Positions 39,053 through 53,679 of a DNA stretch of 64,000 bases are shown in pieces. The notes beneath the pieces are model-generated. The model saw only the letters and a program-made list of their open reading frames with translations, was not told where the DNA came from and did not search any database. Within the stretch, counting starts at the first letter, position 1. Every line of letters begins with the position of its first letter. The translations under genes and the position numbers were made by a program. Location: the NCBI GenBank assembly GCA_025201805.1, contig MU619377.1, forward strand, positions 1-64,000, given 5' to 3'. Origin of the DNA: Parasitella parasitica NRRL 2501 (lineage: Eukaryota; Fungi; Mucoromycota).

Positions 39053-40154
39053 NNNNNNNNNNTTTGCATTGTTAACCCTTTACCTTCTTCTTTCAGCCTC
39101 TGCACGGGCAGAGCCGGGGGCAGGTGCAATATTGCCAATTTCCAAGTCATGATAGGTACGTGGTCCTGGTTTACAGCAATTTAATTTAACTAGTGTTCCA
39201 TAGACAATATTCGAAATTATAGTGATAACAGGACTAACAAAATTAATACGCCATCTAATTTCAATCATAGCGTTAACTTACTGCAAGAATTCAGGGAAGA
39301 ATGTTTGTATAGCAAAAGTCTCGCTTCTGTCACCTTGGATACCATCTTGGTACTTGAAAAATCGAATATAAACCCATCCAATGACCCATCCAATATTTAC
39401 AAGATTATAGAATACAATCGCTTGAAAAAAAATAAGTGAAATAATACTGGTCACTGTAGCAACACCAAGCAAGTTCTACCATAAAGACAATTTAGACATG
39501 CCAGTCTACTAGAATTCTCATTTCCTTACCTTAACACGAATGGAGACTTTACCACCCATAATGGCAATGCGATGTTCTGGGATCAAGTGTTTGAAGGCTA
39601 CCAAAAAGGCAGAAAAAACACCTGCCATACCATTGATTTGTACTTGATATAAAAACTTATCATCTCCAGATAAATAATAGGATAACAGAATACCAAACCA
39701 TGTAACTACATTCGACAATACGGCTGTAATCAGGATAAATTTTAATAACTCTCTGGACCCCCAAGCACGCTCCAAGTATTTTCCACTAAACAATAAAACT
39801 ACAACACTAATGGAGAGCTATGAAATATACTTGGTCAAATTATTGTATACTTGGTAGAGTAGAGACTTACTGTAATAATGTTGCTTTCATAAAATGCAGC
39901 GGTTAAGAATGTCCAGGGAGCATACATGACACTATAAAAAAAATTAGTATATTTGTGCCAACACATTATAATCTATCTTACAATCCGGGTAAAAGCCCAA
40001 TGAATGGACTTATAGATAAAGGTGTTGTGTCAGGATCAGCATCTAATTTCAATCGGTAAATGTAGATGTACGATGCAATGGATAGACCTAATACAGTAGA
40101 CACCAGAGCCTTTGTTAATGAAGGGACATTGGCCACCAACGATTTTATTGTCAT
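38767..40154 (-). CDS. TMEM115: TMEM115/DUF1751 rhomboid-like Golgi membrane protein (multi-exon)
   Basis: PWTFLTAAFYE, GKYLERAWGSRELLKF, FLVAFKHLIPEH, WVYIRFF..GDRSETFA..TFFP and EAERRRALALKALDMRL. Confidence 0.92.
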
Positions 40155-40603
40155 TTCTTTAAAAAAAAATTTGTAGAAAAAAAGGGGGCAAAATGGACAT
40201 GGATTTCGCATCTTAAGTCAAATTTCGCACGTGATGAGTCTGCTTTTGCTTCCCTCGCCTGAAACTGATGTAAATCTCAATCAACACAACATATCCCAAA
40301 GGGGGAGTTTGATAAATACTTTTGGGGGGAGGGAGGGGGTGCAGAGATAAAGGGATGAACTTTTTCGTCATAATTGAAAAATTGAAAACAAAATTTTGCA
40401 CAACATAAAAACTTTTTTTTTTTTTTTTTTTTTNNNNNNNNNNNNNNNNNNNNNNNNNNNNNNTCGGGGGGGAGAGGACATAGTTGTAACCATATTAGAA
40501 AGGTGTACAAAGAAGAAGATTTTTTGCAAGGTTTCTTTTTTTCCCTCTTCTTCTTCTTTTTCTTCAATTCTCTCATCCTTTTTTCTTACAACATATACGT
40601 ATT

Positions 40604-43547
40604 ATGTCGACAAGTATAAATAGCAATATTCCGCCACAACAACTACAACAACAGCAACAATCTCCTATTGTACAAAAATTAGCAAATGTAAATGAACAAG
40701 CTTGGCTAACTTTAGGTGAGATATCTCATTTTATTTTTTTGGGCCTTATTTATATGGGGAGAGGGAGAAAAAAAAAAAAAAGCTGTATTCATATCAGCTC
40801 TATGTATATATTTTTTTTTTCGTATTTAAATATTAGCTCTATGTGTGTGTAATATGTTTGTATATAAATATTATACATGTATACAAAAGGTGAGGGGGGT
40901 GGGAGATGGTAGTGCAAAGGTTATAGATGACGGAGCCAAAAAAGGGAGATGAATACACTCCTAAAGGGGGCGGGTTACAGTTATATGCATGTGTAACATA
41001 ATATTACACCCACACCTTCAAATCTTGTATCACACTTGATATAACAAATCAAGGCTGGCTTGAAATTAAGGGAAAGAGAACGCCACACTTATTTATAAAT
41101 CATTTTTTTTACAGGCAACCTAGCGGAGATGATGGCTGACTGGGAACGTGCCATGAACTCATATGAAGCCGCTTTAAGACACAACCCTTACTCGATCACC
41201 GCACTATCCCATATTGCTTCCCTTTGTAGGGGTAGAGAACAATTTGCTAAGGTAAGGCCAGGCTTCATTTTCTGATCTGTCAAAATTATTTTAGACGCCA
41301 CTTTAAACTAGCCATAGTTACTAATTAAGGCAATGACTTTTTTTTAGGCTGTCGAATATTTCAAACGTATTTTGGCATTGCAAGAGAACAATGGCGAAAC
41401 TTGGAGCGCTTTGGGGCACTGCTACCTTATGATGGACAATTTGCAAGAAGCCTATCAGGCATATCAACAAGCGCTATATCACTTACAAAGCCCAAAGGAC
41501 CCAAAGCTGTGGTATGGCATTGGTATTCTTTACGATCGCTACGGCTCTATTGAGCATGCTGAAGAAGCCTTTTCTGCTGTTATGAAAATGGACCCCCAAT
41601 TTGAAAAATCAAATGAGATTTACTTTAGATTGGGCATTATTTACAAACAACAACAAAAATACGATTTATCGCTGCAGGTTAGTAGCAAGTATGTTATTAA
41701 CGGGCTTGTTCGGAAGAGCTTACATGATGAGATAGTGCTTCCGTTATATTTTGCATAATCCTCCCAGACCTTTGACAGAAATTGATATTTGGTTTCAAAC
41801 AGGCCATGTGTATGAGCAACAAAAAGAGCACGAATTAGCAAAAGAAGCTTATGAACGAGTATTATCCGAGAATCCTGACCACGCTAAAGTATTGCAGCAA
41901 TTGGGCTGGTTGTTCCATCAACAAAACACGTCGTTTTCGAACCAACCTACTGCTATTCAGTACCTAACCCGTTCATTGAAAGCCGATAGCACAGATGCAC
42001 AGTCTTGGTATTTGCTTGGCAGATGTTATATGGTAGAACAAAATTACAACAAGGCGTACGAAGCCTACCAGCAAGCTGTATATCGCGATGCCCGTAACCC
42101 TACTTTCTGGTGCTCTATTGGTGTGCTATACTATCAAATTAACCAGTATAGGGATGCACTGGATGCTTATAGTCGTGCTATTCGATTAAATCCATACATT
42201 AGTGAAGTTTGGTATGATCTGGGTACATTATACGAATCTTGCAACAATCAAATTCAAGACGCGTTGGATGCCTATCAAAGAGCAAGCGAACTGGATCCAT
42301 CCAATCCTCATATAAGACAAAGACTGGACCTGTTGAGAAAGTCTAATCCAGGCAATGCACCTGTATCAACGCCCGTCCCTCAAGATGTGAATAACCCCTA
42401 TCAATATCAAAACGGACCCAACAGTAATAATAATTCTCAATACCCACCTCCACCTCCTTTAGTGCCTGGTCCACAATCAGGAGAAACAGGCAACGGCTCG
42501 CCTCAATACCCTCATCACCCGTTCAATGGAACAAGAAATTACGAGCATACTAGAATGGCAAGTGTTTTTTTCTTTTTATTTCATTGTGCTGCTTGAAATG
42601 TGCTAAATTTATGTATCATGTCAATGCAGGATGGCCCACAAAAAGTCCCTCGTGATCTTCCCTTACCTCCACCCACAGGATCACAAGGTACTGGCGATCG
42701 ACGACGTTCACCTATTCCGTATGGTCCCTTAAATAACAGCAATAATATGCATGGAGGAAATAACAATAATAGCAACATCCACAATGCAGATGTCCGTATC
42801 CCTGATATTGGAGGAGGCGGAAGAGCACCAGCTCCCTCTGAACGTGTATTAATGAACCCCATGCTTGAATCAAGATCGCCCATTTATCGTCATAGTACAA
42901 GTAATACAAAGATGGGATCTGTCGCAAGATCGCCTATTCCATCAAAAACATCTCCTAAATACCAGACACCATATTACAGTCCACGACAACATCACCCACA
43001 TCAGCCTCAAATGAATACAGTCAATACATCAGCATTTTCAGGGCATTCTACGCCTATCGAGCCTTACCAATCTTACCATCTTGAAAATGAGCCGCTTAGA
43101 AGAACATCTGTATTGTACGATAATGAAAAGAACAATGCACCCCCATTATCATCTACACCTCCTCCATCAGCAATGAAAAGAGAGTATATTGACAACAGTG
43201 GAGGCAACAGACTATCGGGCGTCAATAAGCATCCTCGCAGCCATCATAGACACAGCTCAAGTAGCAGCAGTAGTCATCATTCTATCAGGCAGCAGATAAA
43301 AAACCAAAGCCCAGTTGAAAATAACGCAGCCGATACCCTTATGAGCATGTCGCAAAAGAGCTATGTGAATGACAGCGTAAGCAAGAAAAGAGGCTTAGAA
43401 ATGGCAGATGACGAAGAAGAAGAAGAGGATAATCAGCAAGAGCAAGATAAAAGGCAGAGAATAGATAGAGTAGTCGAAAATACGCAAACGAGACACTCGT
43501 CTTCTGTTAACGCAACAAAAGATGGCAGTATCTCTGTATCCTCGTAA
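40604..43547 (+). CDS. CYC8: General transcriptional corepressor Cyc8/Ssn6 (TPR repeats), multi-exon
   Basis: TPRs GETWSALGHCYLMMDNLQEAYQAYQQAL, DPKLWYGIGILYDRYG and AYQQAVYRDARNPTFWCSIGVLYYQINQYRDALDAYSRAIRLNP, followed by a low-complexity C-terminus. Confidence 0.95.
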
Positions 43548-43897
43548 AATAAATAAAATGACGTTGCTGTACGATACAGTCAGATAAGTGCCAACTACAT
43601 TTCATAATCTAAAATCTCGATTTGAGCTGCGATTTATCATTTCACAAGATTAAATTTTCGTTCCTGATTCAGGTTGTTGATCTGACTGATTTAATTCCCG
43701 ATTAACGCACGTATTGCTGCATTATGCAATGTAAAACGTTTCAAGTGTCTATATGCGTTCTTATGCGTTCTTGATCAATATTCATGTTATTCAGATGCAA
43801 ATATACATAGTAGGTATTTTATTATTATTGTTATTGTTATTATTATTATTATTTCGGTATATGCAGATTCAATTTTAATGTGACGAAGAGAGTAGTT

Positions 43898-46800
43898 TTA
43901 GTCAGTCAACGGAATTAACACCACTTGGTTGTTGTTAAGTTCTCTTTTCAAAGTGGCTACTTGTTGAGAGAATTTTTCTCTGTCTTTCGTGCTCAAGGAC
44001 CATCCGCTTCCCTCCATCAGGTTACTCAGGGCCTGCAATAAAAATTAAGGTTAAATATCGCGTTCTATAAAAGTATTACCCGATTGTTATTGCTAAACTC
44101 ACCTTGGTTACGAATTCTCGGCGTTCCGGTAACTGATGCAGGATCACTTGGTTTGTGTATTTTGAGGCAAACTTTAAATATGGAGTTTGAAAAGGGGGGT
44201 AGTTAGTAGTATTAGAGGAGTGTTATTTAGCATATATATCACAAATGACGCTTTACAGTGAGGTCTGGCTTACCTCTCTTTCAAGTAACACAAGCGTGTA
44301 TAAAGGTCTTGACAGCTGCCATTGATCATTGTTGTCATCGAACAAGATCAACCCAAACAATGTTGTCAGTAATTTGGGCAGTACCTGAGGATATTGAGTT
44401 AAACAGTTTAAAAACCAAGCACCCCTCAATGCTTTGTTTTTTCTCAAGATGAACAGTTTTTCTTTTTTGGTGCCGTCGTCCTGAGACGTAAAGTTGCTGG
44501 GACGCAGATCAGCTTTTTCGCTCTCTTGAATGAGAAATGTACAAATGTTGTTGAGTGTAGAGCAAGCATGAGTGCGGATCCAAGCATCGTTTGATTGGAC
44601 GCCTTGTTCGCAAGCTTGTAAAACGTACAAGAATGTTTCTGGAGGCATGTTCGGATCAACCATCATTTGCTCAACAGAAAACTCATCCAACATCATGAAG
44701 AACGACCTACTTAATTTGGGAAAATTCTTTGCAGTATAATTTAGTATATATTATGTCGTGGCAGCCAGCACAATAAGCCCTTACCATCATATCTTCCAGT
44801 GGTATATCAATTATCAATCGAAACATCATTGCAAATGCATCGCTGATTGCTTTATCGCCATACAGCCAAAAGACCCCAAAATTGATGTATTTACCACCAA
44901 GACATCTTGCCATGATATTAAAGCATGCAGACATGCCTTTGTATTTAAGAGGGTACTTTTGCGCCTCGTCTGTAATACGCTGATTAAGTATTTGCTGACC
45001 AAACGAACACAAGATTTGACTGGCATCTCGAAACAGCAAAATTCCATTGGCAGAAGAAACTTCCAGCGTTAAGCGTTGGCTCTTGTTGTAGACAAACTCA
45101 CCGAAAAACTTGAGCAAAACGTTTGTGCAGGGATTAGGCGACCATGCTTGAATTCCTTTCATTAATACGGGCATATAATCAGGATAGAACCAGTGGAAGA
45201 ACAGTAAATACGTTTTACGGCTTTGTATAGGCTGGATGAAACCACGGAGATCTCGAAACAAGTCTTCAAGCGCACGCTAGAACATGGCGCCAATAGTTAG
45301 ATTTTTGGCAGTAAAATGAACGAATCAGGTGTAAACGTTACCTGTACATGTGGCTGCTGAAATTCTTCGATTGTATTCAGCAAAGACAAACTCTCTAGCC
45401 GAACTTCAAAGGGCTTCATAAATTCGTAAAATTCTCTCTCGCAGTTATCTTCAGCAAACAGGATTTTGCACAGGATTTGATAATATAGCATGCGATTCTG
45501 CTTATGCTGGCTGTGGTTAAAAAAGGTGAACTCGCTTGATAAATGATTCTGCATGATTAAACGAGTAGATTCCAATTTTCGTACGTTTTTTATCGCACTA
45601 TAGCCACTTGCAAGATCGTTGAATAGCTCGAGCGTTCGTCTGATTATTACTTCACTATCTCCCCAAATCTGAAGGTTTGTCATACTGTATTGGAAGACAT
45701 TATGAATACACCCACATCCCATTTTATCTAAAGCGTACTTACATTTTGCGCATGATAAGATTAAGCATATCTTCTTGCCCTTCGATAGCAAACTCTTCGT
45801 TAAGCTGCTTATAGGCTGATTTTGCATTTGATTCACCAACATAGGATTTTCTGAACTGTGAAAAAAAGAAAACGAGTGCACAATCAAGTTTTTCGCTCAA
45901 GAATGCAGGGTTACTTTGGCCAAGATTCTGGTTTACTTCCATCAATTGAATGACTCTGGTTGCTAATTTGCTATCGGCCTCGTCATTTTCTTCAGAGCTC
46001 AAATACGCAGGCCTGTTGCCAACAAACACACCCATGATGTAAACCAGCCATGCAAATTTACCCTCAAAAATTGCATTGGCCTCTCTCAGGCTCTCTTCAC
46101 CTATAGCTCCCATTCTAGCTTGTGCTATCAATTCTTCGTAGGTAGCAGTAACCTGATCAAACACCTCAAAGAGCGCTGCGCATGCTTCTTCATATTTGCA
46201 GCGAGCGATCTGACCCAACATGTTTAGAGATTCGATCAAAGTATCCTCATCATCCAGTGGATCTACAGAAGCTTTTAGATGGTCCCTGTTCCCACAACTG
46301 ACTGAGACCTCACTTACCATCCAACATTTCTTCGATTCTGCTTAGCACTGTTTCCACATGAGTCTTGATAAAAGTCTTTGTTAACGCTACAGTGATATCT
46401 TGCAGCCTTAGCACTGTTGTTTCTGCCAGCTGTTGGTAGTAGGTCATGCTTTGTACAATACGAGACCAGAAACCTAAAAGATAGTATCCAGCTGCGGTGG
46501 GGGTCCATGTGTGGAACGCTTTTTGGGTAAATCCTGCAACCAGTTCTATCCATTCCATGTAGCCTTGCTTCTCGGCCATTTCATTCAATGGAGCAATGAT
46601 TCTGAAACGCTGTATTAAACGGCAAAATCCGTTATAACAATCCGTATCCGTTAACCCGTGAGACGTGATAATGACATCCCGGATCCCATTCATAATGGCT
46701 GTAACAAATTTGCTGCGTTCGTCTTCACCGCTGAAAAGTGCTTTCCTAGTGGCTGCAATTTGCACAAGGCACTCCATCACCTTGCCCGAGTGAGGAGAGG

Positions 46801-48017
46801 TGAATTCATTGTAGGCCTTGAAAAAAGTAGGAACGAAATCATCTTGTTCGTATACGCTTCTCCAAGCGGCAGGGATCTTGAGGGCAAATCAAAACGATAA
46901 TCAATATTCTGCCATGTCAGCATTAGACAAACAATCTCTTACCTGCACCATGCCAATATCCTCACCTGCTTCGTCCACAGTTGTACCTGCAAAGTCAAAG
47001 CAAAGGCATTTTAAAAGTATATTCAAAGTAGCATCCTTTGTTCTGGTTTCTTGGTCAGCTGATAGCGATAATTTAAGGAGAGTTATTAGTAAATATGTAC
47101 GATAAATTCGTCAGGATTACTTTTTACGTTTATCAAAAGGGATGGATTTAGCCAGCAGGCTTTCCAATAACTGATAAGCACTTTTGAATATATCAAACAG
47201 TTGAGTGTCTCGGAGTCCAGCAGCTTGATTTTTTTGTACGGAAAAATAAGCATGTGTCGTTGTTTTTTGGAAGCTAAAGCATAACTCTACCTGCTTTCCT
47301 AAATTTGGCGGAATACTTGGGTACGGTTGCAGCATTTATGTCTTGCACAATGACAGATAAGATTTGCATACCAACGATACGATGATCAGCGGAGGTCTTT
47401 TATGTATGTTTGTTGTTAGCAACCCTCCTCTTTTCTTTCTTTGTATATTTTAGCAGCTTACTTGATAAAATTGAGTCATATCTTTGTAGACGTTCTGATA
47501 TTCCTCATGGTCAAGCCAGCCGAATCGAGTCAATAAAGCCAACACCCCAGCCAACTGTGTGATAATAAAAGGCTGTAGATCCGGATGTCTATATGCATAA
47601 TCTAATAAAAATGTGCCTATATAGACCAAAGGAGATGAGAAAACCACTAAATCAGCATGAGACGATCAATATATCGGATTCCTTACGCAGCTGGATCTTG
47701 GTGTCGCTATCAAATATAGTAAATTGCGCCATAACAAGCTGCTTTAATCTCGACAGCGAGAACGTTTGCACATAGGGATTAGGAGAGCTCTCTAACAAGA
47801 TCCTCAGAGCGTTTGCAGTATCTGTGGGGGCACCGATTTCGAATGTCGGTATCCGATCAAGATTAATCTTGTTGGTGTCTGACGAGGAAAAAGTTGGGAA
47901 ACTAGCTTCCAACACCTTTTGAATCTGATCATGCTCCGCAGGATTTTTGGGATTATACAGCTCTTCACATAAGCTCGAGAAAAACGCTATGCGCTCTTCT
48001 TGTTGATGTTGTGTCAT
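43898..48017 (-). CDS. XPO7: Exportin-7 / RanBP16-17 (multi-exon)
   Basis: DFAGTTVDEAGED...VQ, FSQFRKSYVGE, LKFFGEFVYNKSQRLTLEVSSANGILLFRD, KYINFGVFWLYGD and QWQLSRPL. Confidence 0.92.
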
Positions 48018-50394
48018 TATTGTTGTTTTTATTTAGAAAAAGAAGAAAGAAGAAAAGGAAACGCTTATACAAGATAGAAACTTTTATCCATCATTCACAC
48101 AAGACAGGTGGTTCCTCAAACCAGACCCTGTGACCTTTTTCATACCAAGAATCCAAGTTTCTATTTACAACGAAAAACATAGGAAGCTTGCATGCATGTT
48201 TGGACATTTTGCTGCAGTAATCTGAAGCTTAAGTTTGATTCTTTGGCAGGTTCTACTGAGAAATGTGTATAAGATTGTTGCTCTATTTTTACTTCAATTT
48301 CATTCCAGATGTGAGTTTAGACGATTTGCTTAATCAAGTGCGATATAAGATATACCTCAAAGGCATCAAATTGTCTCACAAGTGGGGAGTTTTTTTTTTT
48401 TTTCTTTTTTTTTTTTTTTTGGCGACAACAGTTTGCTCAGACGAGCTCCTAGAAAGGCTACCAGAATGTGAAAATTTCAAATCATAGACGGATAGTCATT
48501 TACATTATCGTCTAGATCAGGCACTCACCTATTTATTAAAATATGAGCAATAAACTCGTTAAACTTTCAATTCTATGACAATATATATACTCTTTAGATC
48601 TACCTCCACTTTTATATACTCTTCAAAATTAGCCGATGTGGAGCTTGCGTATACTCCTTTAAGTTCTATACAACTATACTGTTTATGCTTCAATGTCTTT
48701 CTGAACGTAGTTAAATTCTGGAAGAATCTTCTTGATTCGATTTTCGAGAGACTTGATTACCGACTCAAGAATGGACTTGGCACTCAATTATGCAATTTAC
48801 TACTGCCAATCTATCATCTCGTGATTGTTCATTTTGCAGTCGTTTTAATTGTAAAGGAGATTCTTTGTTTTTACAAAACTAATACCTCTAAACTACAAAG
48901 TAGCTTGTCAGTGTTAAAGTATATACTTCTCTTTAACATTCATTTTGAAGCGACGGAATACATCCTTTTTCATTCAAGTTTTTTGAAGGACACAATTAAC
49001 ATTTGATTTTACGAATACCGATGTTCGACTAAAGACGAGATTTGTTGTCAAATTTATGACCTTGCCCAGTGAAAGAAAAGTCAAAGCTTTTTCATAAAGG
49101 ATTAAAAATGGGGATCATTGCAGAAAAAAATCTACTCGTCATTGGGCCATCTATCCTCTCCCACAATGCTTTTAAACTGATGTATACTATATCCTTCTTT
49201 TCTAGCTGTCTCCAAATATCCATCTTGTCACACAAGCAATAACCAACAGATACAGATAAATAATAATCACCTCTGCATACATATACTGTCATATACCTAG
49301 AAGTCTTCTGTAGAAAATGAATATATGCTATCATAAACTCCTTTTTTTTTCTCGCTACTCATAAGGGCAACAGAGCTTTATTCTTCTGCTTCTTCCAAAT
49401 CCCCTTTTATAGATGTGATGCATCCAATATCCGGGATCTCAGGGGCTGAATACACCACCACATATGCGCGCTTGGCTTGCGTGGGGCGTGGGTAAACAAA
49501 CAAGAAACGAATGTATGCAGACAACAAGTTGTAAACGTATCCATTAATTTTATTTTCATTCTGCCCCTTACTGATTGCCAACTTTAGATTTCGTAACTGT
49601 GTTTTTTTGTGTGGGTCATTTTTTGCATAATTATATGATTTTTATAGTGTAATTTTCCGACATCTCGTTGATTTAAGGCACATGCCAAAACCATAAGAGA
49701 CAAGCTTTTACTATCGAATTTTTAATTATTTCATCTGCCAGATTCAAAGGGTTGAGCATTTTTAGTCTAGATGTCTGAAAAAAAGAGCCTACTTTTCACC
49801 TTCAGCAATATGTAAAAGCTGGTGATAGTCGAAAGACTCACTTGAAGTTAATAGGTTTTGTATGAAAGTAACAAGCGGACTTGATTGATAAGGGCCTGAT
49901 ACCAAAAATGGGCATTAAGGCTGATCTTGATGCTTCAAAAAATCAAAGGATATACAGCATTTTTTACGGGTAAATGCATAAATTAAGATTTTCTGTGATT
50001 ATCTGATCATCTATTATGTAACCATCTGCAATACACACTTTTGTCATGTCATTTTTAATCTCAAGTTGCAGTATTCTCAAATTGCAATGAAAAGCACAAC
50101 TTAAAGCATCATTTGAGCTCTATCAAAGTAACATTGAAGGCCCAAGATTTTTTGAACATGAAAGTATCAGTTGATAGCACGTGAGTGGATTGTACAACCT
50201 GGTGTATAATTTCTCTCAGCATATAAATACGGCAAGTCCAATAGATTCAACCTGTATGACTGATAGCCAACATATAATGGACTGTTCTTCATTGGCCTAA
50301 CAAAGTTTGGCGGCATCTAGATAACCATCTCCCATCTAAATATCTGAAAGAACGCTTCTTCTCCTTTTCTTGCTCCCTCAAATTTACATCCAAT

Positions 50395-51706
50395 ATGTCT
50401 GATTCTGTACAAAAACGTAAGTTTATTTTGTGAAAGGGACGCAGAAAGTAGTTTGTTTTTGATTGTCTAATTCGACATGCAGCTCTTCCTTTTGGATTCC
50501 AGTTTTTAGCTGGTGCCATTGCTGGTGTCTCTGAAATTTTAGTCATGTATCCCTTGGATGGTAATGATTCCCGAGATTTGTAATTTTACAAACTGATATT
50601 AACCACAGCGATCAGTTGTCAAGACGAGAGCTCAATTAAGCACCGGTGCCAGTACTGGTATTATCACTACGATGTCCAACATGGTCAAGCATGAAGGGTA
50701 AGCTTACCCCACTTTTTTTCCCTCCATACATTGGCTTCGTGTGACTCATTGCAATTTATCGTTCAATCTTATTAGTGCCGCCTCTCTTTATCGTGGTATT
50801 CTACCTCCCATCATGGTAGAGGCACCCAAGCGTGCCACCAAGTTTGCTGCCAATGAACAATATACCGCCCTTTACAAGAAGATGTTTGGTTTTGAAAAGG
50901 TCACTCAATCATTGTCCATCATGACTGGTGTCAGTGCTGGTATCACGGAAGCATTTTTGATTGTGCCTTTTGAATTGGTCAAGGTCAGGATGCAAGATAG
51001 AGGAAATGTAGGTTTTAGTATGATGGGCGATTGAAAAGATGATTCAAGACTTATATACCCCCATTCACACGTAGCTTGGCAAGTACAATGGCACTGCCGA
51101 TACCTTCAAGAAGATCATTGCTTCCGAAGGCGCCTTGGCCTTGTTCAACGGTTTGGAAGCCACCATGTGGCGTCATGCTGTCTGGAATGGCGCTTATTTC
51201 GGTTTGATTTTCACTGTCAAGGATAATATGCCCAAATCCAAGGTAATAATCACAGAAATGATAGCCATGTATAAAAGTCTAACCAAGATGTAGGATCCTA
51301 ATCAACAACGCATCACTAATTTTGCTGCTGGTACTGTTGGTGGTATTGTTGCCACTGCCTTCAATACACCTTTTGATGTGGTAAAGACCCGCATTCAAGG
51401 CTACGACGGTGTGGGTGTCAAGAAATATAACTGGACTTTGCCTGGTTTAGCTACAGTTGCCAAGGAAGAAGGGTATTGTTGTTATTTGGCTTAATTGGTC
51501 AAAATATTAATTATGCTATATTTAGTATGGCATCGTTGTATAGAGGCTTTTTGCCCAAGGTTTTGAGATTGGGTCCAGGGTAACTATCATCATATACAAA
51601 ATGTGTGAGTGCATGTTACACTAACATGAGAAATAGTGGCGGTATTCTCTTGGTTGTCTTTGAGACAGTTTCAGGGTTCATTAGAAAGAACATTTTGAAG
51701 GAGTAA
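50395..51706 (+). CDS. ODC1: Mitochondrial 2-oxodicarboxylate carrier (multi-exon)
   Basis: FLAGAIAGVSEILVMYPLDVVKTR, YRGILPPIMVEAPKRATKFAANEQY, WRHAVWNGAYFG, NTPFDVVKTRIQ, KYNWTLP and PKVLRLGPGGGILLVVF. Confidence 0.93.
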
Positions 51707-51797
51707 ACCGACAGAAAAAGACACAGAATGAAGAGGCCGGAAAATAGAGACAGATGATGTATATTTATTAAATAGAATAAAAGCTTCTGTATACATT

Positions 51798-53274
51798 TTA
51801 TTCTGCAGTAATTCGTTTTTGAAACGAAGTACGAAAGAACCCTTTGAATCTACTCAGAGTAAACCTGGATCTGGTGATTTTCTCCTTCACATTTACATGC
51901 TCCTCATTTTTGCTATCAACTGGTGTGATTTGCGATTTCTTTTTGAATACTCGTAAAAAGAATTCTGAGCGTTTTCTAGGTTTTTCTGTCGAAGAATGTA
52001 CGATAGTCATAGTATTGTTGTGTGTTTTTGAGCTGGACAATGAAGTTGTCGTGGAAACAGATGACGCTTTAGAAAGTACGCCCACTTTTTTTCTTGACGA
52101 GAAGTTTGTAAGCCTACTGCTAGGAGACAACTGAGAAGTTGTTATATATGAACAGCGTGTCATCGTAGGCGGTAAAAGCCATGGATGCGTTAAACAATCC
52201 TTGGCCGATATACGTTCTTTGGCATCTTTGCATAGCAGCCTTTGGATCAGGTCAGATGCATCTCTGGTGACGTATGGAGGTATGGTATATTGCCCACGAC
52301 TAATTTTTTGGAATAGTTGAGGCATCTCGTCTCCCTGAAACGGCAAAGACCCTGTCAGCATGGCAAATAGTATTACGCCACAGCTCCATAGATCAACAGG
52401 AGGGCCGCGGTATGGTGTAGCAGTAACCATCTCTGGTGCTGCATAAAAGGGGCTTCCGCAATATGTGCTCAATACTTGATGTCTTTCCTTGAAAACGTTG
52501 CCAAACCCGAAATCACATATTCTAATGTGCTGTGTATTATCGATAAGCACTATTAACTATAATTAGTTTGATGAGACAAGCCATTTCGATCTTGGGCTCA
52601 CCGTTTTCTGGTTTCAAATCTCTGTGTACAATGTTATTCTATGGCAAAAAAAAAAAAAAAAAAAAAACACACATGTTAGGCTCGCAACAACCATGCTATT
52701 TGGGATGATACAAACATCGTGGATATATTCAACTGCTTCAATTATCTCCCTGAACCACCTGCGTGCGATTGGCTCAGCTAAGCCTTTCGATTGTTTGATT
52801 TTGTCAAATAGCTCGCCACCTTCCACATACTCCATTACAATGTAAATATAATCATTTTCAGTTATAACGTCAAAGACTTGAACAATATTCTTGTGGAAAA
52901 GCCCAGAAGCAAATGTCTCGCAAATAGATTGCTCTCTCTGGGCGTGCTGTCTTTGGTCTCCTGACTTGAACATCTTTTTGTCCACAACCTTAACGGCGTA
53001 CTACGTCTGTCATGTTAAAAGAATGCATACAAATGAAATCACTACGAGCAATTGTACCTGTTCTCCTGATTTCCTGTCTTCCACTAAATACACTTTTCCA
53101 AAATTACCCTTTCCCAATGTATACAGTTTTTCATAGCGAGACTCGAACCTGTTTGCAGATCTGGATTTCACCTATTTCAATGAGATTGTTTGAGTTTGTA
53201 ATGTGTGCATGAATGAGCATTGCTTAAGGCACATACAATACCTCATTTAATCTGTTGAGACTGTGTCTATTCAT
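51798..53274 (-). CDS. Ser/Thr kinase, CAMKL (AMPK/MARK-like), multi-exon
   Basis: LGKGNFGKV, YAVK, HRDLKPEN, DFGFGN, TYCGSPFYAAPE and DLWSCGVILFAMLTG. Confidence 0.9.
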
Positions 53275-53679
53275 AGCGTAATTTTCTTTTCAATAGTTGA
53301 TATAAATGTGTTAAAGAGAAAGAAGGCACTAAAGGTACAATGCTCTATGAAATAACTGAANNNNNNNNNNNNNNNNNNNNAAAAAAAAAAAAAAAAAGGT
53401 ACCCGAATAACTCGGAAAATATAATTGTTGCTTGGACAGCATCAAAATATTCTGGAGAATTTTCAGAGTTTCATTCACTACACACATGTTTATATGGTTG
53501 AGCATGTTTTCCCCTACTTTAATCCATCGCTGGGAAGAGTGCAAAAAGCATTGATCGGGACCATCGTCAACGGTAGCTTGAGTTTAAGAAGTGGACAAAG
53601 ACTCCGAAAGAGCTCTAATAAAAGTATACTTTTTCCAGAATTTGTTTGATTGATTCTTTTCTTCATTTATTTATCAGGC

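Noticed and set aside
38980-39065. Poly-Lys/poly-Phe ORFs and N runs (also 40410-40463 and 53361-53398)
   Set aside because: Intronic or intergenic homopolymers with assembly gaps; their lengths are unreliable.
48575-49581. Short ORFs between XPO7 and ODC1
   Set aside because: No motifs or consistent splice structure. Possibly relic DNA, but this cannot be supported.
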